A stretch of DNA of 64,000 bases from an uncultured bacterium (lineage in GTDB: Bacteria > Babelota > Babeliae > Babelales > Babelaceae): the NCBI GenBank assembly GCA_963717435.1, contig OY970332.1, forward strand, positions 1,089,903-1,153,902, in the 5' to 3' direction. Below, one piece after another: positions 35,995 through 45,664 of the stretch. Within the stretch, counting starts at the first letter, position 1. The number at the start of each line of letters is the position of its first letter. The notes beneath the pieces were generated by a model. It was not told where the DNA came from. It saw nothing but the letters and a program-made list of their open reading frames with translations, and did not search any database. The translations under genes were made by a program, and so were the position numbers.

Positions 35995-36071
35995 TGGTGC
36001 GCCCGGTAGGACTCGAACCTACAACCCACAGATTCGAAGTCTGGCACTCTATCCAATTGAGCTACGGGCGC
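35995..36071 (-). tRNA. tRNA-Arg (anticodon TCG)
   Basis: The reverse complement folds as GCGCCCG-TA-GCTC..GAGT-G-CCAGA-CTTCGAA-TCTGT-GGGTT-GTAGG-TTCGAGT-CCTAC-CGGGCGC-A-CCA, with one 27:43 mismatch. Confidence 0.8.
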
Positions 36072-36097
36072 GATATTAATTATATTAACAAAAATAT

Positions 36098-36847
36098 TTA
36101 AAGTTCAAAATAAGCCAAAAATTCTTTGTTGCCCTCAGTGCCAGTTATCGGTGATTCGATCACTCCAATAAGTTTAAAACCAGAAGAGACTATTCCTGAT
36201 GTCACAGTCTTAATAACTTCTTCGTGCACCTTCGGATCTGTAACAATCCCGCCCTTTCCAACTTGATGCTTGCCCGCTTCAAATTGTGGCTTAATTAAAG
36301 TTATTAATTTTCCGTTAGGCTTTAATAAATTTTTTACCGCATCGATAACTTTTAAGAGCGATATAAAAGAAAGATCCAAAGTTACTAGGTCAACTTTTTC
36401 TGGCAAACTTTCAAGATATCTTAAGTTTGTTTTTTCCATAACAACAACTTGGGGATTGGATCCTATTTTTTCATGAACTTGGCCGTGGCCGACGTCCACT
36501 CCGTAAACTTTTTTTGCGCCGCGTTGCAATAAGCAGTCCGTAAAACCGCCAGTAGATAATCCGGCGTCGAGTATAACTAAATTATTTACGTCGATATTGA
36601 ACTTCTCTAACGCTGCTTCCAGTTTCCAGCCGGCTCTGCAGACAAATTTTGGCTCTTGAATATTTAAAACTATTTCGGCAGTTTCTGGTAAAGTTGTACC
36701 CGGTTTGGATACAACTTTACCGTCGACAGAAACTTTATTTTGCATGATCCAGCTTTGAATCTGCTGTCTACTATACTGAGGATAATTCTTCAAAACAAGA
36801 GCATCTAGCCTAAGCTTTTTTATCATTATTTGAAGACTCTTTATCAA
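36098..36847 (-). CDS. tlyA: TlyA-family rRNA 2'-O-methyltransferase (S4 + FtsJ-like domains)
   Basis: 249 aa with an S4-like N-terminus (RLDALVLKNYPQYSRQQIQSWIMQNKVSVDGKVVSKPG) and the SAM motif ILDAGLSTGGFTDCLLQRGAKKVYGVDVG. Confidence 0.85.
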   Translation of the reverse strand: MIKSLQIMIKKLRLDALVLKNYPQYSRQQIQSWIMQNKVSVDGKVVSKPGTTLPETAEIVLNIQEPKFVCRAGWKLEAALEKFNIDVNNLVILDAGLSTGGFTDCLLQRGAKKVYGVDVGHGQVHEKIGSNPQVVVMEKTNLRYLESLPEKVDLVTLDLSFISLLKVIDAVKNLLKPNGKLITLIKPQFEAGKHQVGKGGIVTDPKVHEEVIKTVTSGIVSSGFKLIGVIESPITGTEGNKEFLAYFEL

Positions 36848-38501
36848 GCATCTCTTTTAATGTTTTTGATACCGGGTAAAAATATGTTGAAGAAAGCTTT
36901 ATTTCATCTTTCAATAATATATCAAACGGCATCGCAGCGAATATATGCTCGCTTGTTTTTATTGTTAAATAGTTAGTTTTTTTGCTTTCTTTAATGGCAT
37001 CACGAAAATCTTGCAGAGTTTTAACAGATTTCCCGTTAACCTCAGAAAGAATTGCGCCGACACCGAGCGCTCTTGAGCGTGATGCTGAAGAATCTGGCAA
37101 CACGTGAGTTATGACAAGCGCAGGATCAAACTGATTTTTTGGATCCATATATTTTATAAATTCCGGAGCGACATCTTTGAGCATCATTACGTGATTTAAT
37201 GTTAATTGCATGATCACCATGCCACCAACAACTTCGTAGTCTATCTCTTCATATCCCGGGAAAATTCTTTTAATTCCAGAAAGTTCAGATTCACCAAACT
37301 TAAAATTGAATTCGATCTTCTTGCCGTTTCTGTATGCAACTATGTGTATATTGTCGCCAAGAACAAGTTTGGAAACATATGCAACTATAGATAATTTATC
37401 TTCGCTCATTGGAATTGTTAAATCGCCATATAAATCTACAGGGTATCCGTCGATCTCGTAGATCATATCGCCAGACTTGATGCCCGCTTTGTATAATGGG
37501 CTGCCTGGAATTGCTTCCACAACATAAAGGCCACCAGGAAGTGGATTATTCAAGTATGTAGTTAAATCTTCACTTGCATTATTATATAAAATTCCCAAGT
37601 ACGGCTTTCTTAGAAGTTTTACTGAACCGTCACGTGGATGAGCTTCAAGTTGCTTCAAGAATAATGCAACCTCGTTGCTTGGAATAATATAACCAACGTT
37701 TTGGGCTCCTACTATTATTGAAGTATTAACACCTATAACTTCTCCTTTTAGATTTAAAGATGGCCCACCAGAATTTCCAGGATTTATCGCGGCGCTTATT
37801 TGAATCATTTGTTGCTCGCGTCCACTGACAACACCTGTAGTGCTCTTTAACGCTTGTTGGCCCAGTGGATAACCAAGTGTCATGATCTCATCAGATCTTC
37901 TTACAAAATCAGAATTTCCCACAGACAAAACTGGTATTTTATTTAATGCTTTTTTTACTTCATTAAGATCTTTTGCTGATAGCTTCAGAAGCGCCAGATC
38001 ACGTTCAGGACTTGCGCCAATAACTTCAACAACAAATCTGCGCTTGCCTAGTGATGGAATTTGGATCGCAAGTGCTTTTGCCTGATCAATAACATGGGCA
38101 TTTGTTACAATTTCGCCCTTATCGTTAATAAAAAAACCAGATCCAGTTGCTTCGCCCTGATTTGGAGTTTTATATGGTTCTAATAAATTCAGCTCTGCTC
38201 GATGTGAAAAAATTTGCACAACTGTGTCTTTAACAATTGGTTGTAATTCTGACCAAGATTTTACGGTACCACCTGTGGATTCAACGGGCTTAACAGAAAC
38301 TGCATTTAATATTGAACCCAATCTATCGAGCCTGTTTTTTGTAGCTCGATAATCTCTATATATAAACGCGCCAAATACTGAAAGCAACCCTAAAAGCAGT
38401 ATTGCAGCAATTTTTTGATAATTTTTATTCTCGAGTATATTGTTCATTCTATTTTTCCCAACTGTTTTAGAAAAATTGTAATCTAGATCTCTGAAACCCA
38501 T
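36810..38501 (-). CDS. htrA: HtrA/DegP-family periplasmic serine protease with PDZ domains
   Basis: 563 aa with an N-terminal TM. The catalytic triad contexts are TNAHVI, DLALLKL and GNSGGPS. The C-terminal region is PDZ-like. An alternative start is Met19 (38447). Confidence 0.85.
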   Translation of the reverse strand: MGFRDLDYNFSKTVGKNRMNNILENKNYQKIAAILLLGLLSVFGAFIYRDYRATKNRLDRLGSILNAVSVKPVESTGGTVKSWSELQPIVKDTVVQIFSHRAELNLLEPYKTPNQGEATGSGFFINDKGEIVTNAHVIDQAKALAIQIPSLGKRRFVVEVIGASPERDLALLKLSAKDLNEVKKALNKIPVLSVGNSDFVRRSDEIMTLGYPLGQQALKSTTGVVSGREQQMIQISAAINPGNSGGPSLNLKGEVIGVNTSIIVGAQNVGYIIPSNEVALFLKQLEAHPRDGSVKLLRKPYLGILYNNASEDLTTYLNNPLPGGLYVVEAIPGSPLYKAGIKSGDMIYEIDGYPVDLYGDLTIPMSEDKLSIVAYVSKLVLGDNIHIVAYRNGKKIEFNFKFGESELSGIKRIFPGYEEIDYEVVGGMVIMQLTLNHVMMLKDVAPEFIKYMDPKNQFDPALVITHVLPDSSASRSRALGVGAILSEVNGKSVKTLQDFRDAIKESKKTNYLTIKTSEHIFAAMPFDILLKDEIKLSSTYFYPVSKTLKEMLDKESSNNDKKA

Positions 38502-38619
38502 TTTAACCCAAAATTACAAAAATAACAGCCCACAAAATTTTATTAAAATTGAACTAGTCTAATTTTTCGATATATTAAACAAAAAACTTATATAACTTTA
38601 TAATTTTATATATCAGAGA

Positions 38620-40146
38620 GTGAAAGACAACATGAAACAAGCTAAACTGCTTCTAACTGGCTTAATATTTATTAATATTTTTTCTGTAAATATTTTTTCT
38701 AAAGTAACAATAATCGAAAAAGGGTTAAGTTATGACGATGTTTTACTTGTACCACAAAAATCTTATGTCTCTTCGCGCCAATCTGTATCAACAAGATCAA
38801 GAGTAACAAAAAATATCTGGATCAATGTTCCAATAATAAGTGCAAATATGGACACCGTAACTGAGAGCAAGATGGCCATTGCCATGGCTCAACTTGGCGG
38901 AATTGGTGTAATTCACAGATTTAATTCTATAGAAAATCAAGTTAATGAAATTAAAAAAGTTAAACGATATCGCAATGCTGTTATCGAACATCCATTGACC
39001 ATAAAACCCGATTCGTCGATTCAAGAGGCGCAAGATATTATGCAACTTAATGGCGTTCAAAGTTTACTGGTTACAGATAATAGCGATAATAATAAGCTTG
39101 TGGGTATTATTACCAAGCGAGATTTAAGCTTCAACCCGGACCTGACTAATAAAGTCGAACAACTAATGACCCCCAAAGAAAAACTTATAGTTGGCCAAGA
39201 TGGAATAAGCATAGACGAGGCACAAAAAATATTAACAAAATATCATATAGAAAAGTTGCCGCTAATTAAGCCAGATTGGACAATTGCTGGTCTAATAACC
39301 GCTAAAGATATTTATACAAAATTAAAATTCCCAAATGCATCTGTCGATTCAAATGGGCGCCTGTTAGTTGGAGCAGCTATTGGGGTCAAAGATGATGCAT
39401 TTGAAAGAGCTGAAAAATTGGTTCAAGCTGGCGCAGATCTTTTGGTAATAGATATTGCGCACGGACATTCAGAATCAGTTTTAGATACATTAAATAAAAT
39501 AAAATCAAAATTTCCACAAGTTGATATTATCGCCGGTAATGTCGCGACAGCAGAAGGCGCTTTAGAACTCATAAAAGCTGGCGCAGATGCGATCAAAGTT
39601 GGAATCGGCCCCGGATCAATTTGCACAACAAGAATAGTTTCAGGCAGTGGATATCCACAATTGTCAGCTATTATTAATTGTGCGCAAGTTGCTGCGCAAT
39701 ATAATATTCCAATAATTGGAGATGGTGGCATTAGATATTCTGGGGATATCACAAAAGCTATAGGCGCAGGAGCCTCTTGCGTGATGTTGGGTAGTTTGTT
39801 GGCAGGAACTGATGAAAGTCCAGGAATACCGTTCATAAAAAATGGCAAAAAATTTAAAATTGTCAGAGGCATGGCGTCATTTGGAGCAAATTTGAGCAGA
39901 GTGGAAAAAACAAATTCTAATAAAAATGCAGAAAATTATATCCCTGAGGGGGTCGAGGCGATTGTGCCCTATAAAGGCAATTTAACAGAAACTATTAATC
40001 AACTAATTGGGGGCTTGAAATCGGGTATGAGCTATTGTGGAGTTGATAATCTAGAAGAGCTTTGTGGAAACGCAACTTTTATACAGATAACTTCTGCTGG
40101 AATTACAGAAAGTCATCCGCATGATGTGCAACAGATAGCAAGTTAA
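38620..40146 (+). CDS. guaB: IMP dehydrogenase (with CBS pair) carrying an unusual hydrophobic N-terminal extension
   Basis: 508 aa with GLSYDDVLLVPQ, SANMDTVTE and the active-site loop GIGPGSICTTR, plus a CBS insert. The ORF begins at GTG 38620, and an ATG lies at 38632. Confidence 0.9.
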   Translation: MKDNMKQAKLLLTGLIFINIFSVNIFSKVTIIEKGLSYDDVLLVPQKSYVSSRQSVSTRSRVTKNIWINVPIISANMDTVTESKMAIAMAQLGGIGVIHRFNSIENQVNEIKKVKRYRNAVIEHPLTIKPDSSIQEAQDIMQLNGVQSLLVTDNSDNNKLVGIITKRDLSFNPDLTNKVEQLMTPKEKLIVGQDGISIDEAQKILTKYHIEKLPLIKPDWTIAGLITAKDIYTKLKFPNASVDSNGRLLVGAAIGVKDDAFERAEKLVQAGADLLVIDIAHGHSESVLDTLNKIKSKFPQVDIIAGNVATAEGALELIKAGADAIKVGIGPGSICTTRIVSGSGYPQLSAIINCAQVAAQYNIPIIGDGGIRYSGDITKAIGAGASCVMLGSLLAGTDESPGIPFIKNGKKFKIVRGMASFGANLSRVEKTNSNKNAENYIPEGVEAIVPYKGNLTETINQLIGGLKSGMSYCGVDNLEELCGNATFIQITSAGITESHPHDVQQIAS

Positions 40147-40225
40147 GTAAAATTTACAATATTTTAGGCTTAATATAAAATAGTAAATAAATTAAATTAT
40201 AAAATACTGGTAGGAGCTCCCAAAA

Positions 40226-41542
40226 ATGTCTTCCCAAAAATCGACAGCAACTTTAGATAAAATTGTAGCGCTATGTAAGCGTCGCGGATTTGTTTTCCAG
40301 TCTGCAGAAATTTATGGGGGGCTAAATGGTGTCTACGACATGGGGCCGTTGGGTCACACATTAAGACAAAATATTAAAAATTCTTGGATAGATTCTTTAA
40401 ATAAAACGGGTTTAGAAATCTTATTTATGGACGGGGCTCTGCTTGCTCCTGAGGCTGTCTGGAAGGCGTCAGGACACGTTGAAAATTTTAATGACCCTAT
40501 GGTTGACTGTTTAACCTGCAAGCATAGATATAGAGCTGACGATCCTGATTTTGATATAAACAAAGCTTGTCCACATTGTGGAAACAAGAACTGGACAGAA
40601 GCGCGACAGTTCAACATGATGTTCAAAACCCAAGTTGGGGCCGCTGAAGGTGCCGGTTCAGTAGCGTACTTAAGACCTGAAACTGCCCAATCTATATTTA
40701 TTAACTTTAAGAATATAATTTCAAGTTATAGAGTAAAAATACCATTCGGTATCGCACAAATTGGAAAAGCTTTCAGAAACGAAATTACACCTAAGCAATT
40801 TTTATTCAGAATGCGCGAATTTGAACAAATGGAAATGGAATGGTTCTGCAAAGAAGAAACTGCTTTAGAATTTTTTAAATTCTGGTGCGAGACTCGTAAA
40901 AATTATTATAGCTCTATCGGCATAGACCCTGAAAAAATAAAATTAAGATCCCATACAAAAGAAGAATTGTCCCATTATTCTTCTGCAACTTCTGATGTCG
41001 AATATCAGTTCCCATTTGGGCTTAAAGAACTTGAGGGGATAGCTTATAGAGGTAATTTTGATTTATCTCAACATTCTAAATTCTCAGGAAAAGATTTGGG
41101 TGTATATGACGAAGAAACAAAGCAGTCTTATGTTCCACACGTTGTTGAATGTTCAGTTGGTGTCGACAGATTATTTTTAACAGTATTATTTGATGCGTAT
41201 TGCGAAGATGAAGTTGATGGTGAAACGCGAGTCGTCTTAAAACTTCACCCTAGACTGGCACCAATTAAAGCAGCATTTATGCCACTTACAAAAGAGTTGG
41301 GCCCGCAATTCTCAAAAATCTATGAAACGGTAAAAAAACTTGGCTATTCTGTTACTTATGACCAAACTGGTTCTATTGGCAAAAGGTATAGAAGACAGGA
41401 CGAAATCGGTACTGTATTTTGTTTTACTTATGACTTTGATAGTGAAAAAGATAATTCTGTTACTGTAAGGCACAGAGATACAACCAAACAAGAACGCATA
41501 AAAATTAGCGATATCGAAAGCTATTTAAAGCAAAATTTATAA
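40226..41542 (+). CDS. glyQS: Glycine--tRNA ligase (homodimeric class II type)
   Basis: 438 aa. The N-terminus LCKRRGFVFQSAEIYGGLNGVYDMGPLG, together with YLRPETAQSIF and GIAQIGKAFRNEITP, is typical of GlyQS. Confidence 0.9.
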   Translation: MSSQKSTATLDKIVALCKRRGFVFQSAEIYGGLNGVYDMGPLGHTLRQNIKNSWIDSLNKTGLEILFMDGALLAPEAVWKASGHVENFNDPMVDCLTCKHRYRADDPDFDINKACPHCGNKNWTEARQFNMMFKTQVGAAEGAGSVAYLRPETAQSIFINFKNIISSYRVKIPFGIAQIGKAFRNEITPKQFLFRMREFEQMEMEWFCKEETALEFFKFWCETRKNYYSSIGIDPEKIKLRSHTKEELSHYSSATSDVEYQFPFGLKELEGIAYRGNFDLSQHSKFSGKDLGVYDEETKQSYVPHVVECSVGVDRLFLTVLFDAYCEDEVDGETRVVLKLHPRLAPIKAAFMPLTKELGPQFSKIYETVKKLGYSVTYDQTGSIGKRYRRQDEIGTVFCFTYDFDSEKDNSVTVRHRDTTKQERIKISDIESYLKQNL

Positions 41543-41547
41543 TACAG

Positions 41548-41610
41548 CAGGCACCCGACCCTTCGATACACTGCTCTTTGAGCAGCACTCAGGGCGAGCG
41601 GGTGTATAGA
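41548..41610. repeat. GC-rich miniature element, short diverged copy (inverted orientation)
   Basis: ggcacccgacccttcgatacactgc...cactcagggcgagcgggtgtata matches the reverse complement of the 29571 element core. It lies directly after the glyQS stop. Confidence 0.6.
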
Positions 41611-41666
41611 GTTAACTGGGATTAGCTATAAATAATTAATTAAAAAAATTTAAAGAAAAGTTAAAT

Positions 41667-42233
41667 ATGAAAAGCTTATATTTGTGGGTCGGGCGCCAAG
41701 TTCATAGCAAGTATGCCACTTGGATTTTTAGCATCTTGTCTTTTATTGGCGGCTTTTTCTTCATGCCACTAACCACAATATTTACTGTTTATTGTCTTGA
41801 AAAGCGTAAGAAAATCTTTTTTTACGCGGCGCTTGCGACCATACTTTCAGTTGCGGGTGGAGTTGTCGGCTACTTTGTCGGCGTATTTTTGTGGGATTAT
41901 TTAAGCCCGTTCTTATTTAAATATCTTATTAATCCGGCACACTTTGAATATTGTCAGGTGCAGTATCTTAAATATCAAACACAGGCTATTTTCTGGACCA
42001 CTTTGCTACCGTTCCCCTATGAAGTTGTGGCTTATTCTGCAGGCTTCTGCAGCATCCCGCTATTAAATTTTATAGTTCTTTCACTTCTTGGCCGTGGAAT
42101 TAGATTCTCAATCTTTGGGACAGCTATTTATATTTGGGGCGAAGCTATAAACAAACTCATTGATAAATATTTTTATCCAATATTTTTTGCATTTTTGAGT
42201 CTATTTATTGCCATGATATATTTGGCAAGATAA
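41667..42233 (+). CDS. YqaA/DedA-like (SNARE-associated) membrane protein
   Basis: 188 aa with 4-5 TM segments. The overall pattern resembles YqaA-type proteins (weak, motif-level). Confidence 0.5.
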   Translation: MKSLYLWVGRQVHSKYATWIFSILSFIGGFFFMPLTTIFTVYCLEKRKKIFFYAALATILSVAGGVVGYFVGVFLWDYLSPFLFKYLINPAHFEYCQVQYLKYQTQAIFWTTLLPFPYEVVAYSAGFCSIPLLNFIVLSLLGRGIRFSIFGTAIYIWGEAINKLIDKYFYPIFFAFLSLFIAMIYLAR

Positions 42234-42265
42234 TCTAGATAAAAATAAGTAGAGAGAAATAAGTT

Positions 42266-43417
42266 ATGTATATAGATAAAAAAACTATTTTAATAGTTTT
42301 AGTTTCTCTTTTTTCTAGCCAATTATTTAGCGATTCAGTATTTACCAAATATCGAAAAAACTTTTTTAAAATAACAACTCTGACGGGTCATGATAGTGTC
42401 GTTGTCTCCGTAGTGTTCAGTCAAGATGGGAATTATGCTCTTTCCGGATCTCTGGATAAAACGGCCAAAATATGGGATCTGAAAGATAAGCATAATCCCA
42501 AAAAGCTAAGAACCTTGCGCGGGCATATTTCTGGTGTTCTGGCAGTAAGTCTTAGTAGCGATAGTAATTTTGCACTTTCTGCGTCCATGGACATGACATT
42601 AAAACTATGGGATCTAAAAGACAAGAACAAGCCAACAGAGTTGGCAACTTTGCGTGGTCACACTGCCGGCGTTAGGGCAGTAAGTTTCAGTCCCGATGAC
42701 AACTACGCCCTTTCTGCATCTATGGACACAACAATAAAGTTGTGGGATCTGAAAGATAAACATAATCCAAAAGAATTAAAAACTTTGCGCGAACATGGCT
42801 GCGGTGTTTATTCGATAAGTTTTAGCCCAGACGGCAATTATGCACTATCTGGGTCAATAGATGGTGCAATAAAACTATGGGATCTAAGAGATAAAAATAA
42901 TCCAAAAGAGTTAAAAACTTTACGCGAGCATACCGCATGTCTTTATTCGATTAGTTTTAGCCCAGATGGCAATTATGCTCTTTCTGGCTCCTGGGATGAT
43001 ACAATAAAACTATGGGATCTAAGAGATAAAAATAATCTAAAATTACTAACAACTCTGCGTGGTCATGAAGACGATGTCAACTCGGTAGCCTTTAGCCCTA
43101 ACGGCAATTATGCTCTATCCGCGTCCAGCGATAATACAATAAGAATATGGGATCTAAGAGATAAAAATAAGCCCCGGGGCCTGACAAGTTTAACCGGTCA
43201 TATTTTTAATGTTAACTCTGTCAGCTTTAGCCCCAACGGCAATTTTGCTCTTTCTGCCGGCAGTGATAATTTCCTAATATTATGGAACATTAGAATGGCA
43301 ATACTAATGGCAAACTTGCCACCAACCCCTTTGAAAAAGTTATGGGATAAAATTTGCAGTAATTTGGGTCTGATTGACAAAAGCTATCCGTTGCAGGATA
43401 ATCAATCTATAGTTTGA
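42266..43417 (+). CDS. Exported WD40-repeat protein (seven blades)
   Basis: 383 aa with a signal peptide (ILIVLVSLFSSQLFS). It has seven ~43-aa units of the form GHxxxVxSVSFSPDGNYALSGSxDxTIKLWDLxDKxNPKEL. Confidence 0.85.
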   Translation: MYIDKKTILIVLVSLFSSQLFSDSVFTKYRKNFFKITTLTGHDSVVVSVVFSQDGNYALSGSLDKTAKIWDLKDKHNPKKLRTLRGHISGVLAVSLSSDSNFALSASMDMTLKLWDLKDKNKPTELATLRGHTAGVRAVSFSPDDNYALSASMDTTIKLWDLKDKHNPKELKTLREHGCGVYSISFSPDGNYALSGSIDGAIKLWDLRDKNNPKELKTLREHTACLYSISFSPDGNYALSGSWDDTIKLWDLRDKNNLKLLTTLRGHEDDVNSVAFSPNGNYALSASSDNTIRIWDLRDKNKPRGLTSLTGHIFNVNSVSFSPNGNFALSAGSDNFLILWNIRMAILMANLPPTPLKKLWDKICSNLGLIDKSYPLQDNQSIV

Positions 43418-43431
43418 ATAGTTAAAAAGGC

Positions 43432-43460
43432 TATATTACAAAAAACTATTTTGTAATATA
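43432..43460 (+). terminator. AT-rich hairpin downstream of the WD40 gene (terminator candidate)
   Basis: Perfect 12-nt inverted repeat TATATTACAAAA-aacta-TTTTGTAATATA lying 15 nt after the stop. There is no separate U-tract, so function is uncertain. Confidence 0.3.
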
Positions 43461-43557
43461 AAAACTAACTGAAAGGCATGGTAATCTGTCTTGTTACTTA
43501 AAATATTAATTTTATTTTAAATTTTTTGACAAGATAAATTATCAATCTTATAAATCT

Positions 43558-45372
43558 ATGATTTCCTCTTTAAACTCAGCAAAAGAGATAATTAAGTCTC
43601 TTGGAATAGTTTTTGGCGATATCGGAACAAGTCCAATCTACACGCTAACTGTCGCATTTGCCGTAATTCCAGCAACCGAGCCTAATGTAATTGGCATACT
43701 GTCACTGATTATCTGGACACTAATATTATTGGTTACCGTTCAATATGCCTGGCTTGCAATGAGCCTTGCAATAAAAGGCGAGGGCGGGACCATAGTTCTT
43801 AGAGAAATTTTAATTCCCACATTAAAAAAGAAAAAACATGTTGCGCTAGTAACTTTTCTGGCATTTTTAGGGATATCTTTTTTTATTGGCGACGGGGTTA
43901 TAACACCCGCTATCAGTATTTTGAGTGCCGTTGAAGGGCTCGAAGTTATTCCGGGACTTGCGGGATTATCACAAAAACTGATTATTCTTATCTCATGTAT
44001 TATAACAATAGGCTTATTTATCTTGCAAAAAAAGGGAACCGAGAAAGTTTCTATGGCATTCGGCCCAATAATGTTTGTTTGGTTCTGTGCCTTGGCAATT
44101 TCAGGGGCACTTTATATTCTCCAATACCCTGCCGTTTTGAAAGCAATTAACCCTTATTATGCACTTAATTTTATGCTAAGTAATAAAATTTTGGGCTTTG
44201 TGATTTTATCTAAAGTTATACTATGCGCCACTGGTGGCGAAGCACTTTATGCCGATATGGGACATATTGGTAGAACGCCGATTATCAGTGCCTGGGCCCT
44301 GGCATTTACGTCACTGTTATTAACTTATTTGGGTCAAGGTGCATTTTTAATTCTTAACCCCAACTCAGTTAATATATTTTACGAGATGATATTTAGTCAG
44401 TGTAATATTTTGTATATCCCGTTTTTATTATTAAGTATTCTTGCAACTATTATAGCATCTCAGGCTATGATCTCTGGGATATTTTCAATAGTTTATCAAG
44501 GTATCATGACCAATATCATGCCCAAGCTTCATGTAGAATATACTTCAAGTAAATTAATGACCCAGATATATATCCCTGCTGTAAATTACTTTTTATTAAG
44601 CGCAGTATTATTTGTTATCTTAAAGTTTAAATATTCTTATAACCTGGCGAGTGCTTACGGGCTGGCCGCAAGTGGAACCATGACCATTACTGCGATATTA
44701 TTAACTTGGATATTCAAGAACAAAAAAGAGTATTTCAAGTCCCACGTTGCCCTTCTGGTATTAATCGTAAATATTATGTTTTTATGCGCAAATACCTATA
44801 AGATTCCGCAGGGGGCCTACTGGTCACTCATAATCTCAAGTGTTCCTTTAACTTTAATCTTGATTTATGCATCAGGACAGAGAAAATTATACAAATCTTT
44901 GAGCCCACTCTCACTTGATGAATTTTTGGAAAACTATAAAAAATATTATCCCAAAATCACAAATATTTCCGGCACTGCTATATATCTGTCAAAAAAGATT
45001 AATAGTATCCCAACTTATATAGATCACACTATGTTTATAAATAATATTATTTATGAAGATAATATTATCCTGTGCGTAAACACAAAAGAACGTCCTTTTG
45101 GGACCTCTGGTGTTATGCAACGGGAATTGGCGCCGGGCTTGAGGGTATTTGAGGTTAATGTCGGCTATATGGAGATAATGAATTTAGAATCTATCTTAAA
45201 GCAGGCCCATCTACAGCCCAAAGTTATATTTTATGGCGTCGAAGAGATTACGACAAAAAATATAGTCTGGAAAATCTATATGCTGATCAAAAAGCTTACC
45301 CCCTCTTTTGTGCAGTTTTATAAGCTGCCGTCTCACAAGCTCCATGGGGTTATGGTACGCGTCGAGATGTAG
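43558..45372 (+). CDS. kup: KUP/HAK/KT-family potassium transporter
   Basis: 604 aa with the signature GDIGTSPIYT near the N-terminus, ~12 TM segments and a cytosolic C-terminal domain. Confidence 0.9.
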   Translation: MISSLNSAKEIIKSLGIVFGDIGTSPIYTLTVAFAVIPATEPNVIGILSLIIWTLILLVTVQYAWLAMSLAIKGEGGTIVLREILIPTLKKKKHVALVTFLAFLGISFFIGDGVITPAISILSAVEGLEVIPGLAGLSQKLIILISCIITIGLFILQKKGTEKVSMAFGPIMFVWFCALAISGALYILQYPAVLKAINPYYALNFMLSNKILGFVILSKVILCATGGEALYADMGHIGRTPIISAWALAFTSLLLTYLGQGAFLILNPNSVNIFYEMIFSQCNILYIPFLLLSILATIIASQAMISGIFSIVYQGIMTNIMPKLHVEYTSSKLMTQIYIPAVNYFLLSAVLFVILKFKYSYNLASAYGLAASGTMTITAILLTWIFKNKKEYFKSHVALLVLIVNIMFLCANTYKIPQGAYWSLIISSVPLTLILIYASGQRKLYKSLSPLSLDEFLENYKKYYPKITNISGTAIYLSKKINSIPTYIDHTMFINNIIYEDNIILCVNTKERPFGTSGVMQRELAPGLRVFEVNVGYMEIMNLESILKQAHLQPKVIFYGVEEITTKNIVWKIYMLIKKLTPSFVQFYKLPSHKLHGVMVRVEM

Positions 45373-45381
45373 TTACGAAAA

Positions 45382-45589
45382 TTAATTTTTTATGGTTTCG
45401 ATACACCCGTCACCCGATCCCGCGCTCGCCCTGAGTGTTTTTCGAACATAGTGAGAAAAATGTATCGAAGGGTGCCGGGCAATCCCGCCTACGTTAAAAA
45501 CTACGGCGGACGCAGCACCACGACTTGTGCGTCGTAGCTTGCCAAGCCGGTAGGCCTGGACAAGCGCAGTCGCAGCGGGTAAAAAATTA
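45382..45589. repeat. GC-rich miniature inverted-repeat element, long variant
   Basis: It has the same TIRs and first ~100 nt as 29571-29695. It carries an extra ~85-nt GC-rich insert (cgcctacgttaaaaactacggcggacgcagcaccacg...gccaagccggtaggcctggacaagcgcag) before the right end gcgggtaaaaaatta. Confidence 0.8.
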
Positions 45590-45616
45590 CTTTCTCAAAA
45601 AGCTAATTGGATATGA

Positions 45617-45643
45617 AAAAGGGCCCGTTTTAAGGGCCCTTTT
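45617..45643. terminator. Bidirectional intrinsic terminator between kup and rplU
   Basis: AAAAGGGCCC-gttttaa-GGGCCCTTTT is a GC stem flanked by A-run and T-run, 22 nt downstream of the rplU stop. Confidence 0.7.
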
Positions 45644-45664
45644 AATTTACTAAGTTATAAAAAC

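Noticed and set aside
35876-36079. ORF 35876-36079 (+) and ORF 47999-48241 (-).
   Set aside because: They overlap tRNA-Arg(TCG) and tRNA-Lys/tRNA-Leu respectively. Their translations are tRNA-sequence artefacts.
43526-43554. A strong-looking promoter TTGACA-17-TATAAA upstream of kup.
   Set aside because: The -10 element ends only 3 nt before the ATG, which is incompatible with a normal transcription start. It is either coincidental in AT-rich DNA or implies a leaderless mRNA, which I cannot support.
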